DNA of 28,639 bases from Erysipelotrichia bacterium (GTDB lineage Bacteria; Bacillota_I; Bacilli_A; RFN20; CAG-826), in the NCBI GenBank assembly GCA_012511695.1, contig JAAZFO010000065.1, positions 1-28,639 of the forward strand. Reading direction: 5' to 3'. The position numbers were made by a program, and so were the translations under genes. How positions within the stretch are numbered: the stretch's first letter is position 1; every line of letters starts with the position of its first letter. Positions 8,658 to 16,733 of the stretch are shown here, piece after piece. A model generated the notes under the pieces. The model saw only the letters and a program-made list of their open reading frames with translations, was not told the origin of the DNA and ran no database searches.

Positions 8658-9290
8658 CTAGGTTTTTTGGTTGATACGATGAGCAAGGATGGCGAGTGAG
8701 GCAGCAAAATCGAAATTTTCAATAACGATTTCTTTTGGGGCATCGAGGTGCATGGGCACAAAATTCCAAATAGCCACAATGCCGAGACTCACTAATTTAT
8801 CGACAATATCTTGGCTGACAGATTTTGGGGTGGTGAGAATCGCAATTTTGATATTTTTTTCAAAAATAATCCGCGACAGTTCCCCTAAATCATAAATAGG
8901 TTTTTCAGCGAGAGTTGAGTTGACAAGTGCGGGATCAATATCAAATCCAGCAACGATTTCTAATCCGAAATCGCCAAACCCTCTAAATGACATCAGGGCA
9001 CTTCCCAGATGACCGACACCGATCAATATCGCCTCATTAATTTTTTTATAACCAAGAAAATTTTTTAAATATTCGATGAGATCTCCGACTTCGCGTTGAC
9101 GACCTGGCAAAGCTTTTTTCGGAGAGATAAGTTGTAGGTCCTTGCGTACTTGCTCTTCAGAACAGGACATCATGTCCGCGATTTGTCTTGATGAAACCTT
9201 GTCAATTCCACTATTTCGCAACGACAGTAAAAAATTGAGATATACTGGATATCTTTCTAATTGACGTAATGAGACTTTTTTACTTTTCAT
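8658..9290 (-). CDS. rex: Redox-sensing transcriptional repressor Rex (divergent wing)
   Basis: R-x-P-x-Y N-terminal helix, SS..I and QVRKDL HTH, Rossmann IGVGHLGSAL, AGFDID, AIWNFVP; 210 aa. Its TAG overlaps the adhE SD (TAGGAGG). Confidence 0.92.
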   Translation of the reverse strand: MKSKKVSLRQLERYPVYLNFLLSLRNSGIDKVSSRQIADMMSCSEEQVRKDLQLISPKKALPGRQREVGDLIEYLKNFLGYKKINEAILIGVGHLGSALMSFRGFGDFGLEIVAGFDIDPALVNSTLAEKPIYDLGELSRIIFEKNIKIAILTTPKSVSQDIVDKLVSLGIVAIWNFVPMHLDAPKEIVIENFDFAASLAILAHRINQKT

Positions 9291-9292
9291 AC

Positions 9293-9313
9293 TTTCGGTA
9301 TTTTTTTACCAAA
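9293..9313. promoter_or_regulatory. Candidate Rex operator variant just downstream of the rex promoter
   Basis: TTTCGGTA-TTTTTT-TACCAAA imperfect palindrome. The 18-mer at 9295-9312 matches TTGTTAA-N4-TTAACAA at 10 of 14 positions. Confidence 0.4.
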
Positions 9314-9316
9314 CTA

Positions 9317-9345
9317 TTTATACCCTATCTTTTAAAATTAATCAA
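9317..9345 (-). promoter_or_regulatory. Sigma-A-type promoter of rex-adhE
   Basis: TTGATT-17 nt-TATAAA on the minus strand. Confidence 0.65.
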
Positions 9346-9393
9346 TAATTATTTACCGAATTAATTCAAAGTGTTGAATTTCTCACTCTACTG

Positions 9394-9404
9394 TGTGCTA
9401 AAAT
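9394..9404 (+). promoter_or_regulatory. Extended -10 promoter (TRTG type) of the enoate reductase gene
   Basis: TGTG-C-TAAAAT, 24 nt upstream of the ATG. TTGAAT lies 19 nt upstream of the -10 box, which is a suboptimal spacing. Confidence 0.5.
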
Positions 9405-9428
9405 AAATTTATAGGCAAGGTACATAGT

Positions 9429-11501
9429 ATGAAAAAAATTTATAAACCTTTATTTACCCCTTGGAAAATTCGTGACGTGGAAATAAAAAACCGTATCGTG
9501 ATGACCTCGATGGGTGGCACTTCTATTTTTGGGTGGATGGAACCAGCGCACTTTGATAAAGAAGCAGCTAACTTCTTACTAGAAAGAGCAAGAAACAATG
9601 TTGGTTTAATTCTTCCTGGCATTGCGCCAATTAGAAATCCGATGATGGGTGGTTGGCTTTATTCCAATAAGCGGATGTTTAAAAAACTCAAACCGTTTAT
9701 GGAAGAAATCCACAAAACTGGCGCTAAGCTTTTTGTGCAATTAACGGCTGGTTTTGGTCGCGTGATGGCGATTAATGACATCATGGTCAAAGCTAGTAAA
9801 AACAAATTCATCGGTGGTTTACTTAAACCGATTTTTAATATGGATTGGATTAATGCCTCTCCGAGTGTTTTGCCAAATCGCTGGGATGAAACGGTGATAA
9901 CAAAACAAATAAGCGAAAAACAAATTCTTCAACTCATCGATGGTTTTGCTAAAGTTGCAAAATTATGCCAAGAAGCCGGAGTTGATGGTGTTGAAATTCA
10001 CGCCGTTCATGAAGGGTATTTATTAGATCAGTTCACCCTTCCCTATTCCAACTTTAGAACTGATAAATGGGGTGGGAGTTTTGAAAATCGCTACCGCTTT
10101 CCAGTGGAAATCGTCAAAGCGATTAAAAAAGTATGCGGTGAAAACTATCCAGTTACTTTAAGATATTCGGTCGTCAGTAAAACAAAAGCTTTCGGCAGTG
10201 GCGCGATGCCAAACGAGGAATTCATAGAAATCGGTCGCGCGATGAAAGAAAGCGAAAGAGCGGCTAAATACTTACAAGACGCTGGCTACGACATGCTCAA
10301 CTGCGACAATGGCACTTATGATGCGTGGTATTGGGCACACCCGCCCGGCTATATGCCTAAAAATTGTAATCTTGAGGATGCGTCTCACATTAAAAAATTT
10401 GTTGATATTCCTATTGTTGTTGCTGGTCGCATGACACCTAAAGTGGCAGCGGAAGCCATTAAAGATGGTCAGATTGATGCTATGGGTGTTGCCCGCCAAT
10501 TTCTTGTTGATCCAGCTTGGGTCACCAAATTAATGGCAGGCAAAGAAGAAGAAATTATGCCGTGTATTCACTGCCATAATGCCTGTTTTAATATGGCTCA
10601 TTATAAAGGAGTGGCTAACGATCAACCTTTATATGACGCTTTACACATGGCGCGGTGTGCACTTAATCCAACGACCATGCAAGTAAATAAATATAAAATT
10701 GTTCCCGCAAAGAAAGTAAAAAATATCGCCGTAGTCGGCGGAGGTATTGGTGGCATGGAGACAGCAATTGTTTTAGCCAAAAGAGGCCACGCGGTTTCGG
10801 TATTTGAAAAAACCGATCAACTCGGTGGGGTTTTTGTAAATGCGACCACACCAGACTTTAAAGAAGCGGAACGCAACTTATTGCAGTGGTACCGTAGTGA
10901 GATCAAAAAATACAAAAATATTAAAGTATCTTTAAATGCCTCCATTAATTGTAGTACCTGTTTAGTTAAACAAGGGCAATTCGATCACATAGTCGTTGCC
11001 ACTGGCTCAAAAGCCAAGAGTCTAAATGTCCAAGGCATCCAATTAGCCGTTGAAGCTCTTGATTACTTAAAAGATAGAAATGGTGATTATGGCGAAAATC
11101 CAATCGTAGTTGGCGGAAGCTTAACCGGTTGTGAAATTGCCTATGACTTAAGTCTGGCCGGTAAAAAACCGAGTATTATTGAAATGAAAAATGATTTAAT
11201 CGCAACGCCAGGAGTTTGTCTTGCTAACTCATCTTATTTAAGAGATTACTTCTTATTACACAAAACACCAGTCTACTTAGAAGCCAAAGTAAAAGAGATT
11301 CGGGAGGACGGTGTTGTTGTCGTTGATAAAGAAGGTGAAGAGTCATTCATCGCCGGTAGCAAAGTCATCATCTCAATTGGCTATACGCCAGCGCCACAAT
11401 TTAAAAAAGGTAAAAACATCCACTTTGTTGGTGATTGCCATTCGGTCGGTAATCTTCGCACCGTCATCTGGCGCGCTTGGGATGTGGCGATGAGATTATA
11501 A
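9429..11501 (+). CDS. Old-yellow-enzyme/FAD Fe-S oxidoreductase, 2-enoate reductase (Enr/FldZ-like) subfamily
   Basis: FVQLTAGFGR, DGVEIHAVHEGYLLDQF, GTYDAWYWAHPP, CxxCxxxC..C Fe-S motif, VVGGGIGGME FAD motif and a second GGSLTGCE motif; 690 aa. Confidence 0.85.
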   Translation: MKKIYKPLFTPWKIRDVEIKNRIVMTSMGGTSIFGWMEPAHFDKEAANFLLERARNNVGLILPGIAPIRNPMMGGWLYSNKRMFKKLKPFMEEIHKTGAKLFVQLTAGFGRVMAINDIMVKASKNKFIGGLLKPIFNMDWINASPSVLPNRWDETVITKQISEKQILQLIDGFAKVAKLCQEAGVDGVEIHAVHEGYLLDQFTLPYSNFRTDKWGGSFENRYRFPVEIVKAIKKVCGENYPVTLRYSVVSKTKAFGSGAMPNEEFIEIGRAMKESERAAKYLQDAGYDMLNCDNGTYDAWYWAHPPGYMPKNCNLEDASHIKKFVDIPIVVAGRMTPKVAAEAIKDGQIDAMGVARQFLVDPAWVTKLMAGKEEEIMPCIHCHNACFNMAHYKGVANDQPLYDALHMARCALNPTTMQVNKYKIVPAKKVKNIAVVGGGIGGMETAIVLAKRGHAVSVFEKTDQLGGVFVNATTPDFKEAERNLLQWYRSEIKKYKNIKVSLNASINCSTCLVKQGQFDHIVVATGSKAKSLNVQGIQLAVEALDYLKDRNGDYGENPIVVGGSLTGCEIAYDLSLAGKKPSIIEMKNDLIATPGVCLANSSYLRDYFLLHKTPVYLEAKVKEIREDGVVVVDKEGEESFIAGSKVIISIGYTPAPQFKKGKNIHFVGDCHSVGNLRTVIWRAWDVAMRL

Positions 11502-11510
11502 AGATTACTT

Positions 11511-11548
11511 AAAAAGAAAAGCACCGGTTAGTAAACAGGTGCTTTTTT
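11511..11548. terminator. Bidirectional intrinsic terminator between convergent genes
   Basis: AAAAGCACC-N12-GGTGCTTTTTT with A- and T-tracts on both sides. Confidence 0.85.
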
Positions 11549-11563
11549 ATCAGCTTTCTATTG

Positions 11564-12571
11564 TTAATAAAAATTAATTTCGTTTTGTTTTTTTCTTGCG
11601 AATAAGGCGCTCACTGCTTCTCTGACTGCCATTTTGCCTTCTACGATACGATAAACACTATCAATAATCGGTAGTGATAAATCATATTTTTTTTCTAAAG
11701 CAATCGCGGCTTTTAAACAATTGAGCCCTTCGACAACCATTCCTACTTTGGCTAATGTTTCTTGCAAAGAATAACCTTGGCCCAACAAATAACCCGCCTG
11801 ATAATTTCTCGACTGCGCACTAGTCGCTGTTACAACGATATCGCCGATTCCAGTTAAGCCGGAAAAAGTTTCAACATTAGCGCCCATTGCTAACCCGATA
11901 CAGATAATTTCTCTTAGGCCGCGTGTGATTAAGGCTGCCTTAGCATTATCTCCGTAACCCAAACCATCACTCATACCAGTAGCGATAGCGATAATGTTTT
12001 TTAAAGCGCCACAAATCTCGACACCCAAAATATCTTGATTGGTATAAACTCTTAAACACTTAGATGAATAAAAGACATTTTGAATAATTTCAGCATACTT
12101 TAAATCTTCGCAGGCAGCGACAATACAAGAAGGTAGCTCGAGAGCCACTTCTTCAGCGTGAGTCGGTCCAGAAAGAGCGACTATCGGAAGGTTTTTTTCT
12201 TTTAAGGTATCGCGAATAGCCTCGCTAGTCGTCAATAATGTCCCTTCCTCAATGCCTTTTGCCACCGTGACAATAATTTGCTCGCCAGACAGAAAAGGAC
12301 ACGCCAGAAGGGCTGTTTCGCGCACAAAAACCGAAGGGGTAGCAAAAACAATGATGTCTTGATCGCGGACACTTTCAACTATCTCCGTAGAAAAGTAAAT
12401 TTTTGAATTTAATTTAACACCTGGAAGATTCGGGTGTGTTAAGTTTTTTTCTAAAGCATCTTTTTCATGAGGAAACTTGGACCACAAGGTTACTTGATGG
12501 CCGATGCCCGTTAATAAATTTGCTAACGCTGTGCCCCAAGTGCCGGAGCCTAATATGCCGATTTTTTTCAT
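11564..12571 (-). CDS. gpsA: NAD(P)H-dependent glycerol-3-phosphate dehydrogenase
   Basis: GSGTWGTALA, AKGIE, LSGPTHAEEV, GALKNIIAIA, GIGDIVVT and SRN motifs. Confidence 0.97.
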   Translation of the reverse strand: MKKIGILGSGTWGTALANLLTGIGHQVTLWSKFPHEKDALEKNLTHPNLPGVKLNSKIYFSTEIVESVRDQDIIVFATPSVFVRETALLACPFLSGEQIIVTVAKGIEEGTLLTTSEAIRDTLKEKNLPIVALSGPTHAEEVALELPSCIVAACEDLKYAEIIQNVFYSSKCLRVYTNQDILGVEICGALKNIIAIATGMSDGLGYGDNAKAALITRGLREIICIGLAMGANVETFSGLTGIGDIVVTATSAQSRNYQAGYLLGQGYSLQETLAKVGMVVEGLNCLKAAIALEKKYDLSLPIIDSVYRIVEGKMAVREAVSALFARKKQNEINFY

Positions 12572-12681
12572 ATATTATTTAATCTTTCTAATTCGTTTTT
12601 AACTCCTGCGTTATAATGCTTTACATTTTACCCTTTACGTCTTGGAAATGGAAATAAAAGTAATTGAGCGTGTTTATTGAG

Positions 12682-12717
12682 AAAAAAATACCCCGTCCAT
12701 TAAAGGTGGGGTATTTT
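12682..12717 (-). terminator. Intrinsic terminator of the S10-spc-alpha cluster
   Basis: Minus strand AAAATACCCC-N13-GGGGTATTTTTTT, about 30 nt after the rplQ stop. Confidence 0.9.
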
Positions 12718-12749
12718 ACTTTTACTTTGTATCTTAGTGAAAAAAACGA

Positions 12750-13157
12750 TTAATCGACCCAAGTAACTAAAACGATTGGGGCGTTGTCACCACGACGATT
12801 TCCTAATTTAAATTGTCTGGTATAGCCACCATTACGATCTTTCATTTTTGGACCGATATCAGCGAATAATTTATCTAACGCTGTCGCATTAGTTTTTTTA
12901 TCAGCAACGATGTTGCGAACGAATCTCGCCGCTTGGCGTTTAGCGTTCATCACATCTTCACTCTTGGCCAAAGTCACTAAACGGTCAGCTTCTTTGATCA
13001 CGTCTTTAGAAACGGCCGCGGTCACTTTAATAGCGCCGTGAATAATCAAATCAGTGACGACATTACGAAGCATGTTTTCATGTTTGCTCTTGGTATATGG
13101 GGCTTTAAATCTAACGCCAGCTTTTCCGCGAACATTTTTTCTACCTTGTGTTGCCAT
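12750..13157 (-). CDS. rplQ: 50S ribosomal protein bL17
   Basis: MLRNVVTDLI, RNGGYTR and RRGDNAP; follows rpoA. Confidence 0.96.
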   Translation of the reverse strand: MATQGRKNVRGKAGVRFKAPYTKSKHENMLRNVVTDLIIHGAIKVTAAVSKDVIKEADRLVTLAKSEDVMNAKRQAARFVRNIVADKKTNATALDKLFADIGPKMKDRNGGYTRQFKLGNRRGDNAPIVLVTWVD

Positions 13158-13171
13158 ATTAGTTGACCTCC

Positions 13172-14137
13172 CTATTCAAAATCTTTGAATGATAAGCCAT
13201 AAGCCGCAAGTTTCTCTTTAATTTCTTTAAGAGACTTCTTGCCAAGATTTTTGACCTTCATCATTTCTTCTTCGGTTTTTTCTGTGAGTTCTAAGACGGT
13301 AGCGACACCTGCTCTTTTCAAACAGTTATAAGAACGAACCGATAAATCGAGTTCTTCAATAATGAAGTTCTCATATTTATTTTCTTCCACTTCGACGATA
13401 TCTTTTTCGATGTTGATATCGCGAGCGATGTCCGCCACATCGAGAAATTTTGCAAAGTGGTCAATTAAAATTTTTGCTCCTAACGCAAGTGCTTCTTGCG
13501 GAAGCATCGAGCCGTTAGTCCATACCTCAATTGTTAAGATATCAAAACGGCTATCGTGGCCGACACGTGTGCCATCAACGTTAAAGTTAGCTTTTTTAAC
13601 TGGTGAATAATTACTATCGGTACAAATAGTGCCGAATGGTAACGACGAGAACAATGTTTTGTTATATTCGCCAGTGACGAAACCACGACCATTACGGGCA
13701 TGTAAAATCATATGTAATGAGCCGCTGTCAGTGACATTAGCAATGACTAACTCTGGATTAACAATCTGAACGCTAGAAGGGCAAATAATATCGCCAGCTT
13801 TAACAACAGCAGGGCCGGTGACATTAATTTCTAAACGTTTATTCGACAAATCTTCGCTATCGATACGCAATACTAAATCTTTTAAGTTCAAGATGATAGT
13901 CGTCATATCTTCTTCCACGCCTGGAAGGGCAGTGAATTCGTGACGGGCTCCCTCGACTTCAACCGCATAAACGGATGCGCCAGGTAGAGCGGATAATAAA
14001 ACTCTGCGTAAGGCATTACCTAAAGTGAGACCGAAACCTCTTTCCAAGGGTTCTATAACAAAGCGACCATAGTTTTCCTTGTCATCATAATCAGCTTGAG
14101 TAATACCAAATCTTTCAAATGGATTTGCAATTTTCAT
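13172..14137 (-). CDS. rpoA: RNA polymerase alpha subunit
   Basis: EPLERGFGLTLGNALRR; CTD IEELDLSVRSYNCLKRAG..KNLGKKSL. Confidence 0.99.
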   Translation of the reverse strand: MKIANPFERFGITQADYDDKENYGRFVIEPLERGFGLTLGNALRRVLLSALPGASVYAVEVEGARHEFTALPGVEEDMTTIILNLKDLVLRIDSEDLSNKRLEINVTGPAVVKAGDIICPSSVQIVNPELVIANVTDSGSLHMILHARNGRGFVTGEYNKTLFSSLPFGTICTDSNYSPVKKANFNVDGTRVGHDSRFDILTIEVWTNGSMLPQEALALGAKILIDHFAKFLDVADIARDINIEKDIVEVEENKYENFIIEELDLSVRSYNCLKRAGVATVLELTEKTEEEMMKVKNLGKKSLKEIKEKLAAYGLSFKDFE

Positions 14138-14161
14138 AACTTACTTCCCTCCTAATTTAAG

Positions 14162-14548
14162 TTAGCCACGTGGTTTTTTTGGTGGGCGGCAGCCATTGTG
14201 CGGAATTGGAGTTGTATCAACTATTGATAATACTTGTAAGCCCGCCACAGCCAGGGAACGGATAGCTCCTTCTCGACCTGGTCCTGGACCTTTAACATTG
14301 ACATCGACTTGACGAATGCCTTGATCATAAGCCGCTCTGCCGGCAGCTTCTGAAGCTTGCATCGCGGCAAATGGAGTGCTCTTTCTTGCGCCTTTGAAAC
14401 CATTAGCGCCGGCGCTGCTCCATGCAAGAGCATTACCTTTTTCATCACAAATAGTGATAATAGTATTATTGAAAGTCGCGTGGATGTGAGCCACACCACG
14501 AGTAAAGGTACGTTTGACTCTCCTTTTACGAATTGTAGTTCTAGCCAT
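14162..14548 (-). CDS. rpsK: 30S ribosomal protein uS11
   Basis: [30 protein letters not shown]. Confidence 0.99.
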   Translation of the reverse strand: MARTTIRKRRVKRTFTRGVAHIHATFNNTIITICDEKGNALAWSSAGANGFKGARKSTPFAAMQASEAAGRAAYDQGIRQVDVNVKGPGPGREGAIRSLAVAGLQVLSIVDTTPIPHNGCRPPKKPRG

Positions 14549-14566
14549 AAAGCTTTACTCCTTTCA

Positions 14567-14941
14567 TTATTTAGATGCCATCTTCTTGTTGGCGATGGTC
14601 TTGCGCGGACCCTTGCAAGTACGAGCGTTGGTCTTCGTTCTTTGACCACGAACCGGCAAGCCTCTTCTGTGGCGAAAACCACGGTAGCACCCAATTTCAG
14701 TTAAACGTTTAATATTTAAAGCGACTTCACGACGAAGCTCACCTTCGGTCTTATAGTCGCCGATCGCGTTACGAACGGCCCCTAATTGCTCGTCTGTTAA
14801 GTCTTTCACTCTAATGGCGAAATCAACTTTCGCCTTTTCGCAGATTGATTCTGCGGTATAACGACCGATACCATAAATGTAAGTAAGAGCGATACCTACT
14901 GGTTTGTTGTCGGGAATATCAACACCAACAATACGTGCCAT
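14567..14941 (-). CDS. rpsM: 30S ribosomal protein uS13
   Basis: [34 protein letters not shown]. Confidence 0.99.
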   Translation of the reverse strand: MARIVGVDIPDNKPVGIALTYIYGIGRYTAESICEKAKVDFAIRVKDLTDEQLGAVRNAIGDYKTEGELRREVALNIKRLTEIGCYRGFRHRRGLPVRGQRTKTNARTCKGPRKTIANKKMASK

Positions 14942-14959
14942 ATTCTAATTCCTCCTTAA

Positions 14960-15073
14960 TTAACCTTGCCTCTGCTTATGCTTGGGGTCAGAACAAATGA
15001 CCATGACTTTGCCATGTCTTTTGATGACCCTGCATTTTGAGCAGATCGGTTTGACGGAAGTTCTAACTTTCAT
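14960..15073 (-). CDS. rpmJ: 50S ribosomal protein bL36, Zn-ribbon (C+) form; not in the ORF track
   Basis: Translated by hand: [45 protein letters not shown]. Confidence 0.98.
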   Translation of the reverse strand: MKVRTSVKPICSKCRVIKRHGKVMVICSDPKHKQRQG

Positions 15074-15097
15074 AGTTTTTTCCTCCTATTTGATTTT

Positions 15098-15316
15098 TTA
15101 CCTAAATCGGTAAGTAATGCGGCCCCGTGTTAAATCGTAAGGCGAAATTTGTACCGTAACTCTATCTCCTGGGAGAATGCGTATGCGATGCATACGGATT
15201 TTTCCAGAAACGGTGGCCAGAATTACGACGCCGTTTTCGAGCTCTACTTTAAACATCACGTTTGGTAAACACTCTTTAACGACCGCCTGAACTTCGATGA
15301 CATCTGCTTTAGCCAT
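15098..15316 (-). CDS. infA: Translation initiation factor IF-1
   Basis: [34 protein letters not shown]. Confidence 0.99.
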   Translation of the reverse strand: MAKADVIEVQAVVKECLPNVMFKVELENGVVILATVSGKIRMHRIRILPGDRVTVQISPYDLTRGRITYRFR

Positions 15317-16082
15317 TAATTTTTTTCTCTCCTTCAGTTAATGTGATTATTTCGCAACCTCCTTCAGCGATGATGATGGTATTTTCGTAATGACAGGTTA
15401 ATTTTCCGTCTTTACTTTTAACTGTCCAACCATCCTCGAGAACCCGCGTTTGTGCCTGTCCTTCTAGAATCATTGGTTCGACCGCTAACGCCATGCCCAC
15501 TTGCAATAAAGGCCCTGTACCAGGTGTTCCATAATTAGGAACGCTTGGTTCTTCATGCATATTTTTTCCGATGCCATGGCCAGCAAAATTGCGCGCGACT
15601 TGATAGCCTGCACTTTCAACGTGTTGTTGAATGGCAGCGGAGATATCTCCGACTCTCTGTCCTGGTTTAGCTTGTTTGATCCCGGCAAAGAAGGCTTGAC
15701 GACAAACTTCCATAAGTCTTTTCACATTTTCTTTACCAGCGCCAACGAGGAAGGTTCTAGTCGCATCAGCGCAATAGCCCTTGAGACATGCCACAACATC
15801 AAGAGAAACAATATCTCCTTCTTGCACAATGATTTTTTTAGAAGGAATGCCGTGGATTAAGGTATCGTTAACTGAAACGCAGGTGCCCGCTGGATAACCA
15901 TAGTACCCTTTGCAAGGACAACTGCCACCAGCATCATAGATAATTTTCTCGGCGGCTTCGTTAATTTCATAAGTGGAAACGCCAGGCTTAATCATTGGTC
16001 CGACCATCTCGAAGACTTTAGCAACGAGGCGACCAGCTTCTTTCATAATAGCGATTTCTCTTGGTGACTTGATAATAATCAT
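15309..16082 (-). CDS. map: Methionine aminopeptidase type I
   Basis: HGIPS, DIVSLD, GHGIG, EPSVPN, AVEP and HYENT metal ligands. Confidence 0.98.
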   Translation of the reverse strand: MIIIKSPREIAIMKEAGRLVAKVFEMVGPMIKPGVSTYEINEAAEKIIYDAGGSCPCKGYYGYPAGTCVSVNDTLIHGIPSKKIIVQEGDIVSLDVVACLKGYCADATRTFLVGAGKENVKRLMEVCRQAFFAGIKQAKPGQRVGDISAAIQQHVESAGYQVARNFAGHGIGKNMHEEPSVPNYGTPGTGPLLQVGMALAVEPMILEGQAQTRVLEDGWTVKSKDGKLTCHYENTIIIAEGGCEIITLTEGEKKING

Positions 16083-16085
16083 AAG

Positions 16086-16733
16086 TTAACTTTTCAGAAA
16101 TTGGGCAATTTCATCGAACAGTGCTTCACTACTAACTAAACTGTTAAAGTGGTGAAGCAACCCTCTAGCTTGATAAAAATCAAGGAGGGGTTTGGTTTGA
16201 TGGTTATAGTGATCTAAGCGTACCTTTAGGGCTTCTTCGTTATCATCATTACGTTGATACAAAAGGCCACTACATAAATCACAGATGCCATCAATTTTTG
16301 GTTTTAGTGTTTCGATATGGTACGGGGCACCGCACACTTTACAGATGCGGCGACCAGCAATCCGGCGCACTAATTCCTTTTCGTTGCAATCGAGATTAAC
16401 AACTGTTTCAATTGGGCGATTTATTTCTTTAGTTAGCTCCTCAAGTGCTTCGGCTTGGACCAAAGTACGTGGAAAGCCATCTAATAGAAAACCTTGGGCG
16501 CAATCATCTTGCGAAAGTCTTTCTTTCACAATGCCGATTGTAACATCGTCGGGTACTAAGTCCCCGCGTTTGATGAATTGCTCTGCTAGCTGGCCAAGCG
16601 CAGTCCCAGCCTTAATTGCTTTGCGAAACATATCACCAGTAGATATATGGGCAAAGCCGAGCGACATTAATTTTTTTGCGAGGGTACCCTTACCTGCTCC
16701 AGGAGGGCCCATAAGGATAATGTTGCGCTTCAT
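16086..16733 (-). CDS. adk: Adenylate kinase with Zn-binding LID
   Basis: GPPGAGKGT, HISTGDMFR, LDGFPR, CKVC..CDLC. Confidence 0.99.
   Translation of the reverse strand: MKRNIILMGPPGAGKGTLAKKLMSLGFAHISTGDMFRKAIKAGTALGQLAEQFIKRGDLVPDDVTIGIVKERLSQDDCAQGFLLDGFPRTLVQAEALEELTKEINRPIETVVNLDCNEKELVRRIAGRRICKVCGAPYHIETLKPKIDGICDLCSGLLYQRNDDNEEALKVRLDHYNHQTKPLLDFYQARGLLHHFNSLVSSEALFDEIAQFLKS

Noticed and set aside
9429-11501. Calling the flavoenzyme BilR, BaiH or FadH
   Set aside because: It has HAVHEGY and YDAWYW rather than HGDR, and no bai operon context. The enoate reductase branch fits best, but the substrate is unknown, so no gene symbol is given.
12572-12680. gpsA promoter
   Set aside because: -10-like hexamers (TAAAAT, TATAAC) are present, but no acceptable -35 box or TG extension, so it cannot be placed with confidence.
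14138-14161. rpsD missing from the alpha operon
   Set aside because: This is the normal arrangement in Bacillota, where rpsD is encoded elsewhere.
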